Positions 25,644 through 34,648 of a DNA stretch of 64,000 nucleotides are shown here, in pieces; the stretch's first letter is position 1, and each line of letters begins with the position of its first letter. The position numbers and the translations under genes were made by a program. The stretch is from Gemmatimonadales bacterium. Lineage in GTDB: Bacteria; Gemmatimonadota; Gemmatimonadetes; Gemmatimonadales; GWC2-71-9. The notes beneath the pieces were generated by a model that was not told the origin of the DNA, ran no database searches, and saw only the letters and a list, made by a program, of their open reading frames with translations. Location: contig CBDFJJ010000007.1 in NCBI GenBank assembly GCA_965248285.1, positions 109,209 to 173,208 of the forward strand. The letters are read 5' to 3'.

Positions 25644-26964
25644 CTAACAGGTTGCGGAAAAAGTCGGGTAATGGACGATAGCATCGCGAGCCGGAAGTTC
25701 TTATCGTAGAGGGACCTCGATGGGAGTGCCACGATGCGCGGGAACAAGACGAATCAGTCGGCGCTGTTCAGCTATATCAGTGCGGAGGATCGGGTGCCCT
25801 CCGACCATCCGTTGCGCGCCCTGCGGGCGCTGGTGGACCCGGTGTTAGCCCGGCTCTCGCCGCAGTTGGACCGGCTGTACGCGCGGCGGGGCCGGCCGTC
25901 GATTCCCCCGGAACATTTGTTACGCGCGTTATTGCTGCAGGTGGTGTATACGATCCGGAGCGAGCGGCAGCTGATGGAGCAGCTCGATTACAACATCCTG
26001 TACCGATGGTTTGTGGGGTTGAATCTGGACGACGCGGTGTGGGTGCCGACGGTCTTTACGAAGAATCGGACGCGGCTGGTCGAGGGGGGCATCGCGGATG
26101 CGTTTCTGGCCGAAGTGTTACAGGAGGCGGAGCGGCGGGCGTTGTTGTCGAATGAGCATTTCACCGTCGACGGGACCTTGCTGGACGCGTGGGCGAGTCA
26201 GAAGAGTTTTCAGCCGAAGGCCGGCACCCGCCCGCCAACGGACGATGATCCGGGGAATCCGAGCGTGACGTTTCGCCAGGAGAAACGGACGAATGCGACG
26301 CATGCGTCGCGGACGGACCCGGAGGCGCGGTTGACGCGGAAGAGTGGGGGGCAAGGCGCGCAATTGGCGTACTTGGCGAGTGTGTTGATGGATAATCGGC
26401 ACGGGCTCGTGGTGGCGACCGACGTGACGCAGCCCGGCTACGAGGCGGAGTGTGCGAGTGCGCTGGCGATGGTGGGGAGCTTACCGCCGACGGCCCGGCG
26501 ACGGACGTTGGGGGCGGACAAGGGTTATGATCGGTGCGGGTTTGTCGACACGCTGCGGGCGTTGGGCTGGACGCCCCACGTCACGCCGAACGTGCACCGC
26601 ACGCGGTTGCGGAGCGCGGTGGATGGCCGGACGACGCGCCATCCCAGCTATGCGATCAGTCAACGGCAGCGCAAAAAAGTGGAAGAGATCTACGGGTGGG
26701 GCAAGACGATTGGGTTGTTACGCAAACTCCGACATCGCGGGACCCCGCGGGTCGGGTGGGTGTTTACGTTTACGGCCGCGGTCTACAATCTGATGCGGAT
26801 ACGCACCCTGACCCTGGCCGGAGGCAGCCCCTGATGGGGCAGTGTGGGCCGCATTCGTCACGCCGACCGCACCGCGGGGGCGGTAATAGGGGACCGCACG
26901 CTGGTACACCGTCGTGTTACCCGGACAAACGCGGCTCACCATCAATTTTTCCGCAACCTGCTAA
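25644..26964 (+). mobile_element. IS5-family insertion sequence, copy B (intact, coordinates include the flanking CTAA duplication)
   Basis: Terminal repeats CAGGTTGCGGAAAAA and TTTTTCCGCAACCTG, flanked by CTAA on both sides (25644-25647 and 26961-26964). Confidence 0.9.
25734..26834 (+). CDS. IS5-family transposase (DUF772 N-terminal plus DDE), 366 aa
   Basis: SYISAEDRVPSDHPLRAL..YNILYRWFVGL.. (N-terminal domain), ..LGADKGYD.. (DDE region). Confidence 0.85.
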   Translation: MRGNKTNQSALFSYISAEDRVPSDHPLRALRALVDPVLARLSPQLDRLYARRGRPSIPPEHLLRALLLQVVYTIRSERQLMEQLDYNILYRWFVGLNLDDAVWVPTVFTKNRTRLVEGGIADAFLAEVLQEAERRALLSNEHFTVDGTLLDAWASQKSFQPKAGTRPPTDDDPGNPSVTFRQEKRTNATHASRTDPEARLTRKSGGQGAQLAYLASVLMDNRHGLVVATDVTQPGYEAECASALAMVGSLPPTARRRTLGADKGYDRCGFVDTLRALGWTPHVTPNVHRTRLRSAVDGRTTRHPSYAISQRQRKKVEEIYGWGKTIGLLRKLRHRGTPRVGWVFTFTAAVYNLMRIRTLTLAGGSP

Positions 26965-27050
26965 GAGAGGTGCGTGAAGCTGGTGAAAGGCTCATAGCTT
27001 CAGTCGCTAGGGCTACATATGAATACTTTCTTGACCAACAGGCTAATTAG
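26965..27050 (+). pseudogene. Class A beta-lactamase-like gene remnant, part 2
   Basis: The frame continues across the IS: ..NNL|REVREAGERLIASVARATYEYFLDQQAN*. Confidence 0.45.
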
Positions 27051-27212
27051 GGCGCGCGCGGTCACGATGTCGAGGACTGCATCCGCACCGCACCCCAGGG
27101 TCGGAGGGCGCACACACAGGGTCAGACGGTGCGCCGGGGCTCGTGCTTCGGAGGCCGGTGTGGATCGCCCGGAGGAAGATGTGGAGGACGCCGGCTTGGA
27201 GGAAATCGAGCG

Positions 27213-29375
27213 ATGTCGCTAACCGAAGGTCTTCCGCGATCGGCCGGGCTCCGGAGGCGGCCGCGCACGATTCAGCGAGGCGCGGGCGTCGCAGGTCTCA
27301 CGCTAGCGACGCTCGTCGCGAGCACGTCCACGGGCGTCCGTGAACGGAGTTCCTCGCGCGGCTCGCAAAGCGCGGTGGTGGCCCCGCAAGCCTTCCTTCA
27401 GATCCACAAGCCGACTGCGATCGCCTGGTCACCCGACGCCCGACAGCTGGCCTATCGACTAACCAACGCAGAGGGCAGTGAGATTCGGGTCACCGCGCTC
27501 GGAAACGGAGCGACGGTCACCGTGGCCAGAGACCTCCCCCCGGACCGCTATGGCCGAGACCGGCCCGACCTGCGTTGGTCGGCAGACGGCCGTCGCGTCA
27601 TCTACCGGGCGGAACTTAGCTATTACTCGGTGCCAGCCACCGGGGCCAGCCCCACGGTTTTGGTCAGCGGCACATTGCTGGGAGAGCTGGTGCAGCTGTC
27701 GCCGGATCAATCGCGGGTCAGCTTCATCCGCGACGGTGATCTATGGGTACAGTCCGTCGCCGGCGGCCGAGCCCGAAGGCTAACCCAGGGCGAAGGGCTG
27801 CACACTGCGGATACTCAGTTCTTCGGTCGCCTCATGCAGTGGCCGCAGTGGTCCCCGGACGGTACCCGCATCGCGTATCTCTCTCCCACCGGAGGCAGCT
27901 TCAAGATCGGGATAGTAGATGTCGCGACCGGTTCCACCAGCTGGATCGTACCGACAGAAGACATCTGGGGTCATACGATCGTCGAGTGGGCACCGGACGG
28001 CCGACGGCTCGCCGTCTCGCGCCTGAGCGCTGACTTCACGCGCAAGAAGCTCACCGTGGCCGACGCGGCGACCGGACGCGAAATGGACGTCTGGGAGGAC
28101 ACCGATGACAAGTGGGTCGATCACAACGTGGAACCCAGCTTCCACGTCTCCTGGGCGCCCGGCGGCAAGCGGCTGGCATTCCTGTCTAATCGGGACGGGT
28201 GGCGCCATCTCTACGTGTCGGATCCTGAGGGACGCGAAACGCGTCAAATCACCAGAGGCTCGTACGAGGTATCCTGGACCGCCTGGGCTCCCGGGGGGCG
28301 GCGGCTCATGGCCATCTCGAGCAGGGACCATTTACAGCGCCGCCGACCCTGGGTGGTCTCAGCCGACGGCGGCGACCAGCACCCCTTGATCGATCAACCG
28401 GGAATAGCCTCGGACAGCTGGTGGCCCGGCTATCTCGCCTTTCCGAAATGGTCGCCGGACGGGAGGCGGGCGGCGTTCTCCTTCAGCGGGCCAAGCGACC
28501 CCTTCCAGCTCCTGATTGCCGACGTCGATGAGGAAGCCGCGACTCGTACCGTTTTCTCCTCCGCTGCGGAAGATCTGGATGTCGGCCGCCTGGTGCGTTC
28601 CGAGACCGTGAGCTTCGAGAGCGAGGACGGCACTCGCATCCCCGCGCTCCTGCTCACCGCCACAGACGTGGATCGCCAGCGGAAGCATCCCGCGCTGGTC
28701 CATATGTACGGCGGGTGGGCGCAGATGGCGTCGCACGGGTGGGCAATCCCGGTCAAATCGCAGTTGTTTCACTACCTCGCCCATCGAGGCTTCGTGGTGT
28801 TGATCGTCGACCCCCGGGGATCGGAAGGCTACGGTGACGCCCACTCCAAGGGCCTCTACCGAGATGGGGGCGGCAAGCAGTCCGAGGATCTGGTGGCCGC
28901 CACTCGGTATCTCGCCGGACTGGGATACGTGGACTCCGGGGCCATTGCGCTTCACGGGCACAGCTATGGAGCGTACCTCACGCTCCAAACGATGGTGCGG
29001 TATCCCGAGGCATTCGCGGCGGGAATCCTCCAGGCCGGCGTATTCCAGTGGTCCAGTTATGGTGGCTCGGGCACGTATCAACTCATTCGCTTCGGCTCGC
29101 CCGACCGTGATCCTGAGCTCTGGGCCGCGCGTACCAATCCCCAGGGCAGAGTGGACCGCTTGCGCGGACCCGTACTGGTGTTGCACGGCACCGGCGACTT
29201 CAACGTGCCGGTTGCGCGCTCCGAGGAGCTCATCGGCGCCCTTCACCGAGCGGAGCGCGACGTGGAGTACATGGTCTACCCGGGCGAGCCGCACGACTGG
29301 GTCTCGTACCATGCCAAGCTGGACTACCTGACCCGGGTCGAGCGTTTTCTCGATCGGGCGCTCAGATCCGAATAG
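27213..29375 (+). CDS. S9-family serine peptidase with N-terminal TolB-like beta-propeller
   Basis: Repeated WSPDG/WAPDG propeller motifs. Nucleophile elbow HGHSYGAY; ..GTGDFNVP.. and ..GEPHDW.. (Asp and His regions). ORF 27129 trimmed to ATG 27213 (GGAGGAAA SD). Confidence 0.85.
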   Translation: MSLTEGLPRSAGLRRRPRTIQRGAGVAGLTLATLVASTSTGVRERSSSRGSQSAVVAPQAFLQIHKPTAIAWSPDARQLAYRLTNAEGSEIRVTALGNGATVTVARDLPPDRYGRDRPDLRWSADGRRVIYRAELSYYSVPATGASPTVLVSGTLLGELVQLSPDQSRVSFIRDGDLWVQSVAGGRARRLTQGEGLHTADTQFFGRLMQWPQWSPDGTRIAYLSPTGGSFKIGIVDVATGSTSWIVPTEDIWGHTIVEWAPDGRRLAVSRLSADFTRKKLTVADAATGREMDVWEDTDDKWVDHNVEPSFHVSWAPGGKRLAFLSNRDGWRHLYVSDPEGRETRQITRGSYEVSWTAWAPGGRRLMAISSRDHLQRRRPWVVSADGGDQHPLIDQPGIASDSWWPGYLAFPKWSPDGRRAAFSFSGPSDPFQLLIADVDEEAATRTVFSSAAEDLDVGRLVRSETVSFESEDGTRIPALLLTATDVDRQRKHPALVHMYGGWAQMASHGWAIPVKSQLFHYLAHRGFVVLIVDPRGSEGYGDAHSKGLYRDGGGKQSEDLVAATRYLAGLGYVDSGAIALHGHSYGAYLTLQTMVRYPEAFAAGILQAGVFQWSSYGGSGTYQLIRFGSPDRDPELWAARTNPQGRVDRLRGPVLVLHGTGDFNVPVARSEELIGALHRAERDVEYMVYPGEPHDWVSYHAKLDYLTRVERFLDRALRSE

Positions 29376-29404
29376 CACCGCCACGTCACAAAGGAGGCGT
29401 CCCC

Positions 29405-31192
29405 ATGGGCAACCGGAGAACTTTCCTCAAGAGCGCTGCCGCCGGCGTCGCGGCTACCCCCGCTCAGGCCAGATCCCGATGCGCCCTCGCCTTGGCATTG
29501 CTGGTAGTGGCGGCTTCCTGCCGGGGTCCCTCCTCCGCAGACAGCGCCGAGGCACTGGAGGAGATCGCCAAAGACTACTTCGCCTATGGCGAGGCGGTCG
29601 CCGACTCGTTCAAACTGTCTCCCAAAGCGACCGAGGAGACTGCATCGTTCGCTCGAGAGATTCTCGAACGCCTCGATGCCCTCCCGCTCGAGGTCATGAC
29701 CCACGAGCAGCAACTCACGGCTGAGATCCTACGCTGGCGGGCATCCGACGACGTGCGTGAGCCGGACCTCTACTGGTACCGCTCACCGATCACACCGTAT
29801 TCGTCCCCGCTGGGCGACGCCCTCACCCGGCTCAACGGTAAGGAACTCAAGAGCGCCAGCGATCTCGAAGCATATGTCGCATCCGTCCAGCGCTTCGCGC
29901 GACTCCTCACGGCCGTCCATGAGAAGCTCCGAGTCAAGGTCGAGCGGGGTATCGTTTTGCCCACGCCGCAGATCGGCCCGTCTACGGACTACGTCGAATC
30001 GTTCACCGCTCGAGCGGCCCAGAGTGCTCTGGCAGTCGCGCCTGCTCGGCTCGGTGCGATACCGGTGGATCAGGCCGAGCATTTTCAGCACCGACTCGCC
30101 GCCGTCATCGATTCGTCCGTCGTACCCGCGGCGAGGTCCCTCACGCGGTACGTGGCCGACACCCTCCGCCGAAAGGCTCCACCCGACGTCGGGATCAGCC
30201 AGTACCCCGGCGGGAAGGAGATCTATCGCACGCTGGTCAAGCAGCGGGTCACGCTGGACATCACTCCGGAGGAGGTTCACCAGCACGGCCTGGACGGCCT
30301 CGAGCGCATCGAGGCGGAGATGCAGCAGATCCGGGACTCCCTGGGCTTTCGGGGAACCCAGGCCGAGTTTCACCAGCGGCTCAGGCGGGACCCACGCTTC
30401 CACGTCAAGACACCCGAGGAGTTCGGACAGCGGCTCATGGCGCACTTCGAGCGCATCCTGCCAATGGTCGACCAATATTTCCTGCGGAGTCCCAGGGCCA
30501 AGGGCGATGTGCGGCGTCTCGATCCGGCTCTCGAGGGCACCATGACGTACGGTTACTACCAACGGCCCACCGACAGCGATTCCATGGGCCACTATCTCTT
30601 CAACGGTTCTGAGCTCGAGAGGCGATCGCTCCTCTCCAGTGCCGGGCTGACGTATCACGAGCTGGTTCCGGGACACCACTTTCAAATCAACCTGGCCTTG
30701 GAGAACGAGGCGGTCCCGGAGTTCCGCCGGCGAGGTTATTACTCCGGCTTCGGCGAGGGTTGGGGAGAGTATTCCTCTTCGGTGGTCGCTCGCGAAATGG
30801 GGATGTATCAGGATCTCTACGACCTCTATGGCAGGTTGGTGTTCGACGCATTCTTCGCCGTCAGGCTGGTGGTGGATACGGGGATGAACTACTACGGCTG
30901 GCCGCGCGCAAAGGCACTCGCCTTCATGAAGGATCACACCATGGAGTCCGAGGTCCAGATCGCCAGCGAAACGCTACGCTACTCGACGGACATGCCCGCA
31001 CAGGCGCTGGCCTATCGGATGGGGCGGGAGACCTTCCTTCGCCTTCGGCGTCAGGCCGAGGAGGAGCTGGGCGAGCGATTCGATGTGCGTCGCTTCCACG
31101 ACGCCGCGATAGGAAGCGGCGCCATGCCGCTGGCCATCCTCGAGCGGCACATCGCTTGGTTCATCGCACAGGAGAAGACTCGGCAAGACTGA
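29405..31192 (+). CDS. DUF885-family protein with twin-arginine signal
   Basis: MGNRRTFLKSAAAGVAA (Tat motif). YHELVPGHHFQ and GEGWGEY are typical of DUF885. Confidence 0.8.
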   Translation: MGNRRTFLKSAAAGVAATPAQARSRCALALALLVVAASCRGPSSADSAEALEEIAKDYFAYGEAVADSFKLSPKATEETASFAREILERLDALPLEVMTHEQQLTAEILRWRASDDVREPDLYWYRSPITPYSSPLGDALTRLNGKELKSASDLEAYVASVQRFARLLTAVHEKLRVKVERGIVLPTPQIGPSTDYVESFTARAAQSALAVAPARLGAIPVDQAEHFQHRLAAVIDSSVVPAARSLTRYVADTLRRKAPPDVGISQYPGGKEIYRTLVKQRVTLDITPEEVHQHGLDGLERIEAEMQQIRDSLGFRGTQAEFHQRLRRDPRFHVKTPEEFGQRLMAHFERILPMVDQYFLRSPRAKGDVRRLDPALEGTMTYGYYQRPTDSDSMGHYLFNGSELERRSLLSSAGLTYHELVPGHHFQINLALENEAVPEFRRRGYYSGFGEGWGEYSSSVVAREMGMYQDLYDLYGRLVFDAFFAVRLVVDTGMNYYGWPRAKALAFMKDHTMESEVQIASETLRYSTDMPAQALAYRMGRETFLRLRRQAEEELGERFDVRRFHDAAIGSGAMPLAILERHIAWFIAQEKTRQD

Positions 31193-31258
31193 CCGAGGGA
31201 CGGCCACTCGCTCGCTTCCCGTTCCTCAGCGAATATTGGTTTGAGGGGGGAATTCGTC

Positions 31259-31360
31259 ATGGCACGTAATCGCAGAGCCTTCTTGATGGACGCCGCCGCA
31301 GGCGTCGCGGCGACGGGAGTCGGGGGCCCGCCCCGTCACCAAGGACTAAGGTCGACGTAG
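31259..31360 (+). pseudogene. 5-prime stub of a second Tat-signal (DUF885-like) gene
   Basis: ATG 31259 with GAGGGGGG SD. MARNRRAFLMDAAAGVAATGVGG.. parallels the MGNRRTFLKSAAAGVAAT of the neighbouring gene. A stop follows after 33 codons. Confidence 0.5.
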
Positions 31361-31365
31361 TTGGC
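31324..31365 (+). repeat. ~42-bp direct repeat, copy 1
   Basis: GGGCCCGCcCCGTCACCAAGGAC-TAAGGTcgacGTAGTTGGC. Its partner is at 40504-40546. Confidence 0.7.
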
Positions 31366-31378
31366 CCAAAACGCGCGG

Positions 31379-32167
31379 TCACCGCAGAGCGCGCCATGGT
31401 GATCGCCTCCCATCCCTCGACCAGGCTGGTCCCTCACACCTACATAGGGTGCGGAGATGTCCAACCAGCGCCCAGATCTCGGCCGTAGTCAAGGTTTGGC
31501 CGAAGCCCGGCATGCGATGACTGCGATTGAGGATCCGCCCGCCCGCGAAGATACCGTCGAAGAGGGTATCGTCGGGGCGCGTGCTCATGTAAGCGGAGTC
31601 CGCGTGCGACGTAGCCGGAACGGGTAAATGGGAGGCGTTGTATCCGTCGCCGCGGCCGGTCGGGCCATGGCAGCCTGCACAGTAATGGGAGTACAGCTGA
31701 GCGCCATCGGTTGGCATCTCGGGGGGGTCTCCTTCCGCACTCGTCGGAATGGGCGAGGGGGACGTATCGAGCTGGCCCGAGGACTGTACCAGATAATTGG
31801 TGATGAGGCGCCGCTCATCCTCGCGCATGGCAATCTTGGGCATAACGGTGCCCGGGAACCTGGCCTTCGGATCGCGAATCATAGCGTAGATGTAGCCAGC
31901 CTCTCTGCGGGCGCCGACATCGGAAAGATCGGGTGCGATGATCCCCCCTTCACCCTCCAGCCGATGGCAGCCAAGGCAGGGGAGCCGGTCGCGGAGCAGG
32001 CGCACCGCCTTGGCCCGGGCGAAGGCCGATAACGAGTCAGGGTGGAACGAGCGAACGCTGTCTGCATCAACCGTGGCTCGCTGGGCCCAGGCCGCGACCG
32101 TTGGTGAGGAGCTTGCCAGCAATGCAGTCAGCACCGCCTGGCACCATCTCGTAGAGATCATCACCAT
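31379..32167 (-). CDS. Dihaem cytochrome c
   Basis: Two CxxCH motifs (CLGCH, CAGCH). Signal MVMISTRWCQAVLTALLASSSPTVAAWAQ. ORF 31379..32224 trimmed to ATG 32167. Confidence 0.8.
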   Translation of the reverse strand: MVMISTRWCQAVLTALLASSSPTVAAWAQRATVDADSVRSFHPDSLSAFARAKAVRLLRDRLPCLGCHRLEGEGGIIAPDLSDVGARREAGYIYAMIRDPKARFPGTVMPKIAMREDERRLITNYLVQSSGQLDTSPSPIPTSAEGDPPEMPTDGAQLYSHYCAGCHGPTGRGDGYNASHLPVPATSHADSAYMSTRPDDTLFDGIFAGGRILNRSHRMPGFGQTLTTAEIWALVGHLRTLCRCEGPAWSRDGRRSPWRALR

Positions 32168-32180
32168 GCCGAATGCATCC

Positions 32181-34217
32181 TCACGGTGATTCCTCACTCT
32201 TCCGGAGGTTGGCCTCGGCCACACGAAGGTCCAATCGCACCAGCGGTTGGTTGGGATCGACGGCTAGCGATCGCCCGAAGTACTCGACGGCCGCCTCGTG
32301 GTCACCCACGTAGCTGTACCGCCGGGCGAGGTCGCTCAGAATGTGGGGATCGTCCGGATAAGCCTCGATGGCCTTCTGATACGTTCGGATGGAGGCTTGG
32401 ACGGCAGCTGCGTCGGGAGCCGAGCCCGCGCCTGCGCGGATGTCTGCCAGTTGCCCCGCCACCAGCGCCAGCGCCGACGCCCATCGCCTGCGAACCAACA
32501 CGTCCTGATCTCCCAAACGTTGCAGCTCGCCGATGAGAAAACGCCGGACATCCCGCTCACCTCCCCATGCGTAATGCAGGCTCGCGGCAGCCAGCGCCCG
32601 CACGTCCAGGTCCCGGTGACGCATCAATTCCCTTAACATCGCGATGGTTTGAGGCTCGCGCTCCGGCATGTCCGGCCTCAAGTGACCCTTCAGTACCCGA
32701 ACCAAGGCGTACGCCTGCGCCTGAGGGTGGTTGGCTGCCGGATCGAGCAGGAGGTCCGGACGGATTGCCCCTGACTCGGCGAGCACCAATGCTTGCACTA
32801 TCTCCTTGAGCGGCTTGAGCTCTCCGTACCACGCGCGCACGCTCGCGTCCAAGTCCTCCACGTCGCGGTCCCGATGACATTGTTCACAGGCTGCCTCGAG
32901 ACCCAGGCCCCTGTCGTGGAGGGGACGGGGGATAGGAATCGTGTGGTCGGAGCGGGCATAACGGATCGCGGTGCCAACGGCGCGCTGCTGCAGGTACGGC
33001 ATGTGACACGCCACGCATCGGCTGCCGGGGGATCCGGGTGCATGGTGCGTGTGCCGGGAGATATCCGAAGCCTTGCTCGCATGGCAACCCACGCACTGCC
33101 CGTCGGAGAACCGCCCATCCAAGACGTTGCCGAAGACATCACGGTACTGCTGCGAGTGCGGATCGTGGCAGTCGACGCAGGTCATGGATCCGTTCAAGTA
33201 GCAATCGCTGTACAGATGGTTCTGTTGGTAGCCGAACGTTCGAATGCGCCCGTCTGGTTCGTACGCTTGCTGACCGATCATCCAGATCTTGAGAGAGAAG
33301 TGCTCCAGGAAGGAGTTGCCCGGAAGATATGCGGGCGCCAGCCCGCCCTTCAGCGCATGGCACTGGAAGCACACTTGGAGAGACGCGTCCTTGTCCACCG
33401 TCCCCAGCGCGGCGATCGCTATGTCCACCGAGTCCTCCAGCATGCCGGCATGCGCCAGTTCCGCATGTCGGCGTCCGGGGCCATGGCATGACTCACAGTT
33501 GATCGCCAAGCTGTGAATTCTCGTTTCGTACGCCTCGCCTTCGGGATTGTACCGAATCAAGATTTGGCTGCCGTGACATTGCTGGCAGTTGCTCATCGGG
33601 GCATCGGCGCCGAGCACGCGGCTCGGGGGCCAATCGTGGCAATCCTCGATGGACAAGTCTTCGGTGATCGGCACGAAGTGTCCTTGGCCGCGGGTGTCCT
33701 CTCCGGCCGGCCCCTCCGCGGCACAGAACCACACCGCCTCGGCTCGTGCGTAGTCGAAGGGGAGAAACCGAATCGTGCCATCTGGGAAGATCGATACCGA
33801 GCCCTGGGTGCCACCTCCCACCATGTGCCCTCCCCCCACGAATCCCATCACGGGGAACTCGGTGCTGCGGCCGTTGTCCAGTCTGACCGAGAACACGTAC
33901 TGGCCGACGCTGTCGACGTGCGGCACGACCACGGCGTCCCTGAAACGAATGGGCGCGCCGTCAAAGGGAGCGATGGCGGTCTCAGGGGAGGGGGGACCGC
34001 CGGCCCGGCCGTGGGTCGACCCGAGCCAGGCCTGGTACTGGTCGACATGGCATTCCGCACAGGCCGCCGCCCCCACGAAGTCGGCGGGCGAGGGCTCGGA
34101 TTCCGCTGCCACCGGTGCCGGTGGCGGCAGGGGTCGCGTGCCAGTGCAATGGCGGATCGCAACGCCCAGGAATACCGGGGCTGCAAGCCCAAGCGCTATC
34201 CGCCCGCGGGCCGTCAT
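32181..34217 (-). CDS. Octahaem c-type cytochrome with C-terminal TPR-like region
   Basis: Eight CxxCH motifs: CAECH, CQQCH, CESCH, CFQCH, CVDCH, CVGCH, CVACH, CEQCH. The C-terminal ~200 aa is helical-repeat-like (..AIEAYPDDPHILSDLARRYSYVGDHEAAVEYFGRSLAVDP..). Confidence 0.8.
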   Translation of the reverse strand: MTARGRIALGLAAPVFLGVAIRHCTGTRPLPPPAPVAAESEPSPADFVGAAACAECHVDQYQAWLGSTHGRAGGPPSPETAIAPFDGAPIRFRDAVVVPHVDSVGQYVFSVRLDNGRSTEFPVMGFVGGGHMVGGGTQGSVSIFPDGTIRFLPFDYARAEAVWFCAAEGPAGEDTRGQGHFVPITEDLSIEDCHDWPPSRVLGADAPMSNCQQCHGSQILIRYNPEGEAYETRIHSLAINCESCHGPGRRHAELAHAGMLEDSVDIAIAALGTVDKDASLQVCFQCHALKGGLAPAYLPGNSFLEHFSLKIWMIGQQAYEPDGRIRTFGYQQNHLYSDCYLNGSMTCVDCHDPHSQQYRDVFGNVLDGRFSDGQCVGCHASKASDISRHTHHAPGSPGSRCVACHMPYLQQRAVGTAIRYARSDHTIPIPRPLHDRGLGLEAACEQCHRDRDVEDLDASVRAWYGELKPLKEIVQALVLAESGAIRPDLLLDPAANHPQAQAYALVRVLKGHLRPDMPEREPQTIAMLRELMRHRDLDVRALAAASLHYAWGGERDVRRFLIGELQRLGDQDVLVRRRWASALALVAGQLADIRAGAGSAPDAAAVQASIRTYQKAIEAYPDDPHILSDLARRYSYVGDHEAAVEYFGRSLAVDPNQPLVRLDLRVAEANLRKSEESP

Positions 34218-34510
34218 GGTAGAGGGGTCTGGGTACTCGATGCGCCGGTAGCGCGAGCGCCTCGGGTCCTCATATTACCCCCTGAGCGATCAGATGCAGC
34301 GCGCGTCTCCCCTGCCTCAGCGAGAACGACCATCCCCCCTCTGCAACCGCGGCACTCGCAGTTGCGTACATGGGCATTTCGCGATGGAAGATGCTGACGG
34401 CCGCTCGGGTCTCGCTAGGCTTGACGCCCATTCGGTTTGGGGTGCGCCGACCGTGTCCCTCCCGGGACCAGAGACGGCAGCTCTGTCGTCTCCGACATCG
34501 GCGGGCAGAC

Positions 34511-34648
34511 CTGGGCGAGCAAATCGATGTGCGTCGCTTCCACGACGCCGCAATATGAAGCGGCGCCATGCCGCTGGCCATCCTCGAGCGGCACATCGCC
34601 TGGTTCATCGCCCAGGAGAAGACTCGGGAGGACTGACCGAGGGAAGGC
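34511..34648 (+). pseudogene. 3-prime remnant of a DUF885 paralogue
   Basis: About 90% identical by eye to 31067-31215, the end of the intact DUF885 gene plus its trailer. It carries a premature TGA (..FHDAAI*). Confidence 0.75.

Noticed and set aside
18575-26964. IS5 copies A and B acting as a composite transposon around the IS3/IS30 nest.
   Set aside because: The outer flanks differ (CTAG against CTAA, unrelated neighbouring genes), so there is no shared target duplication. The interior is only dead IS DNA and a gene relic.
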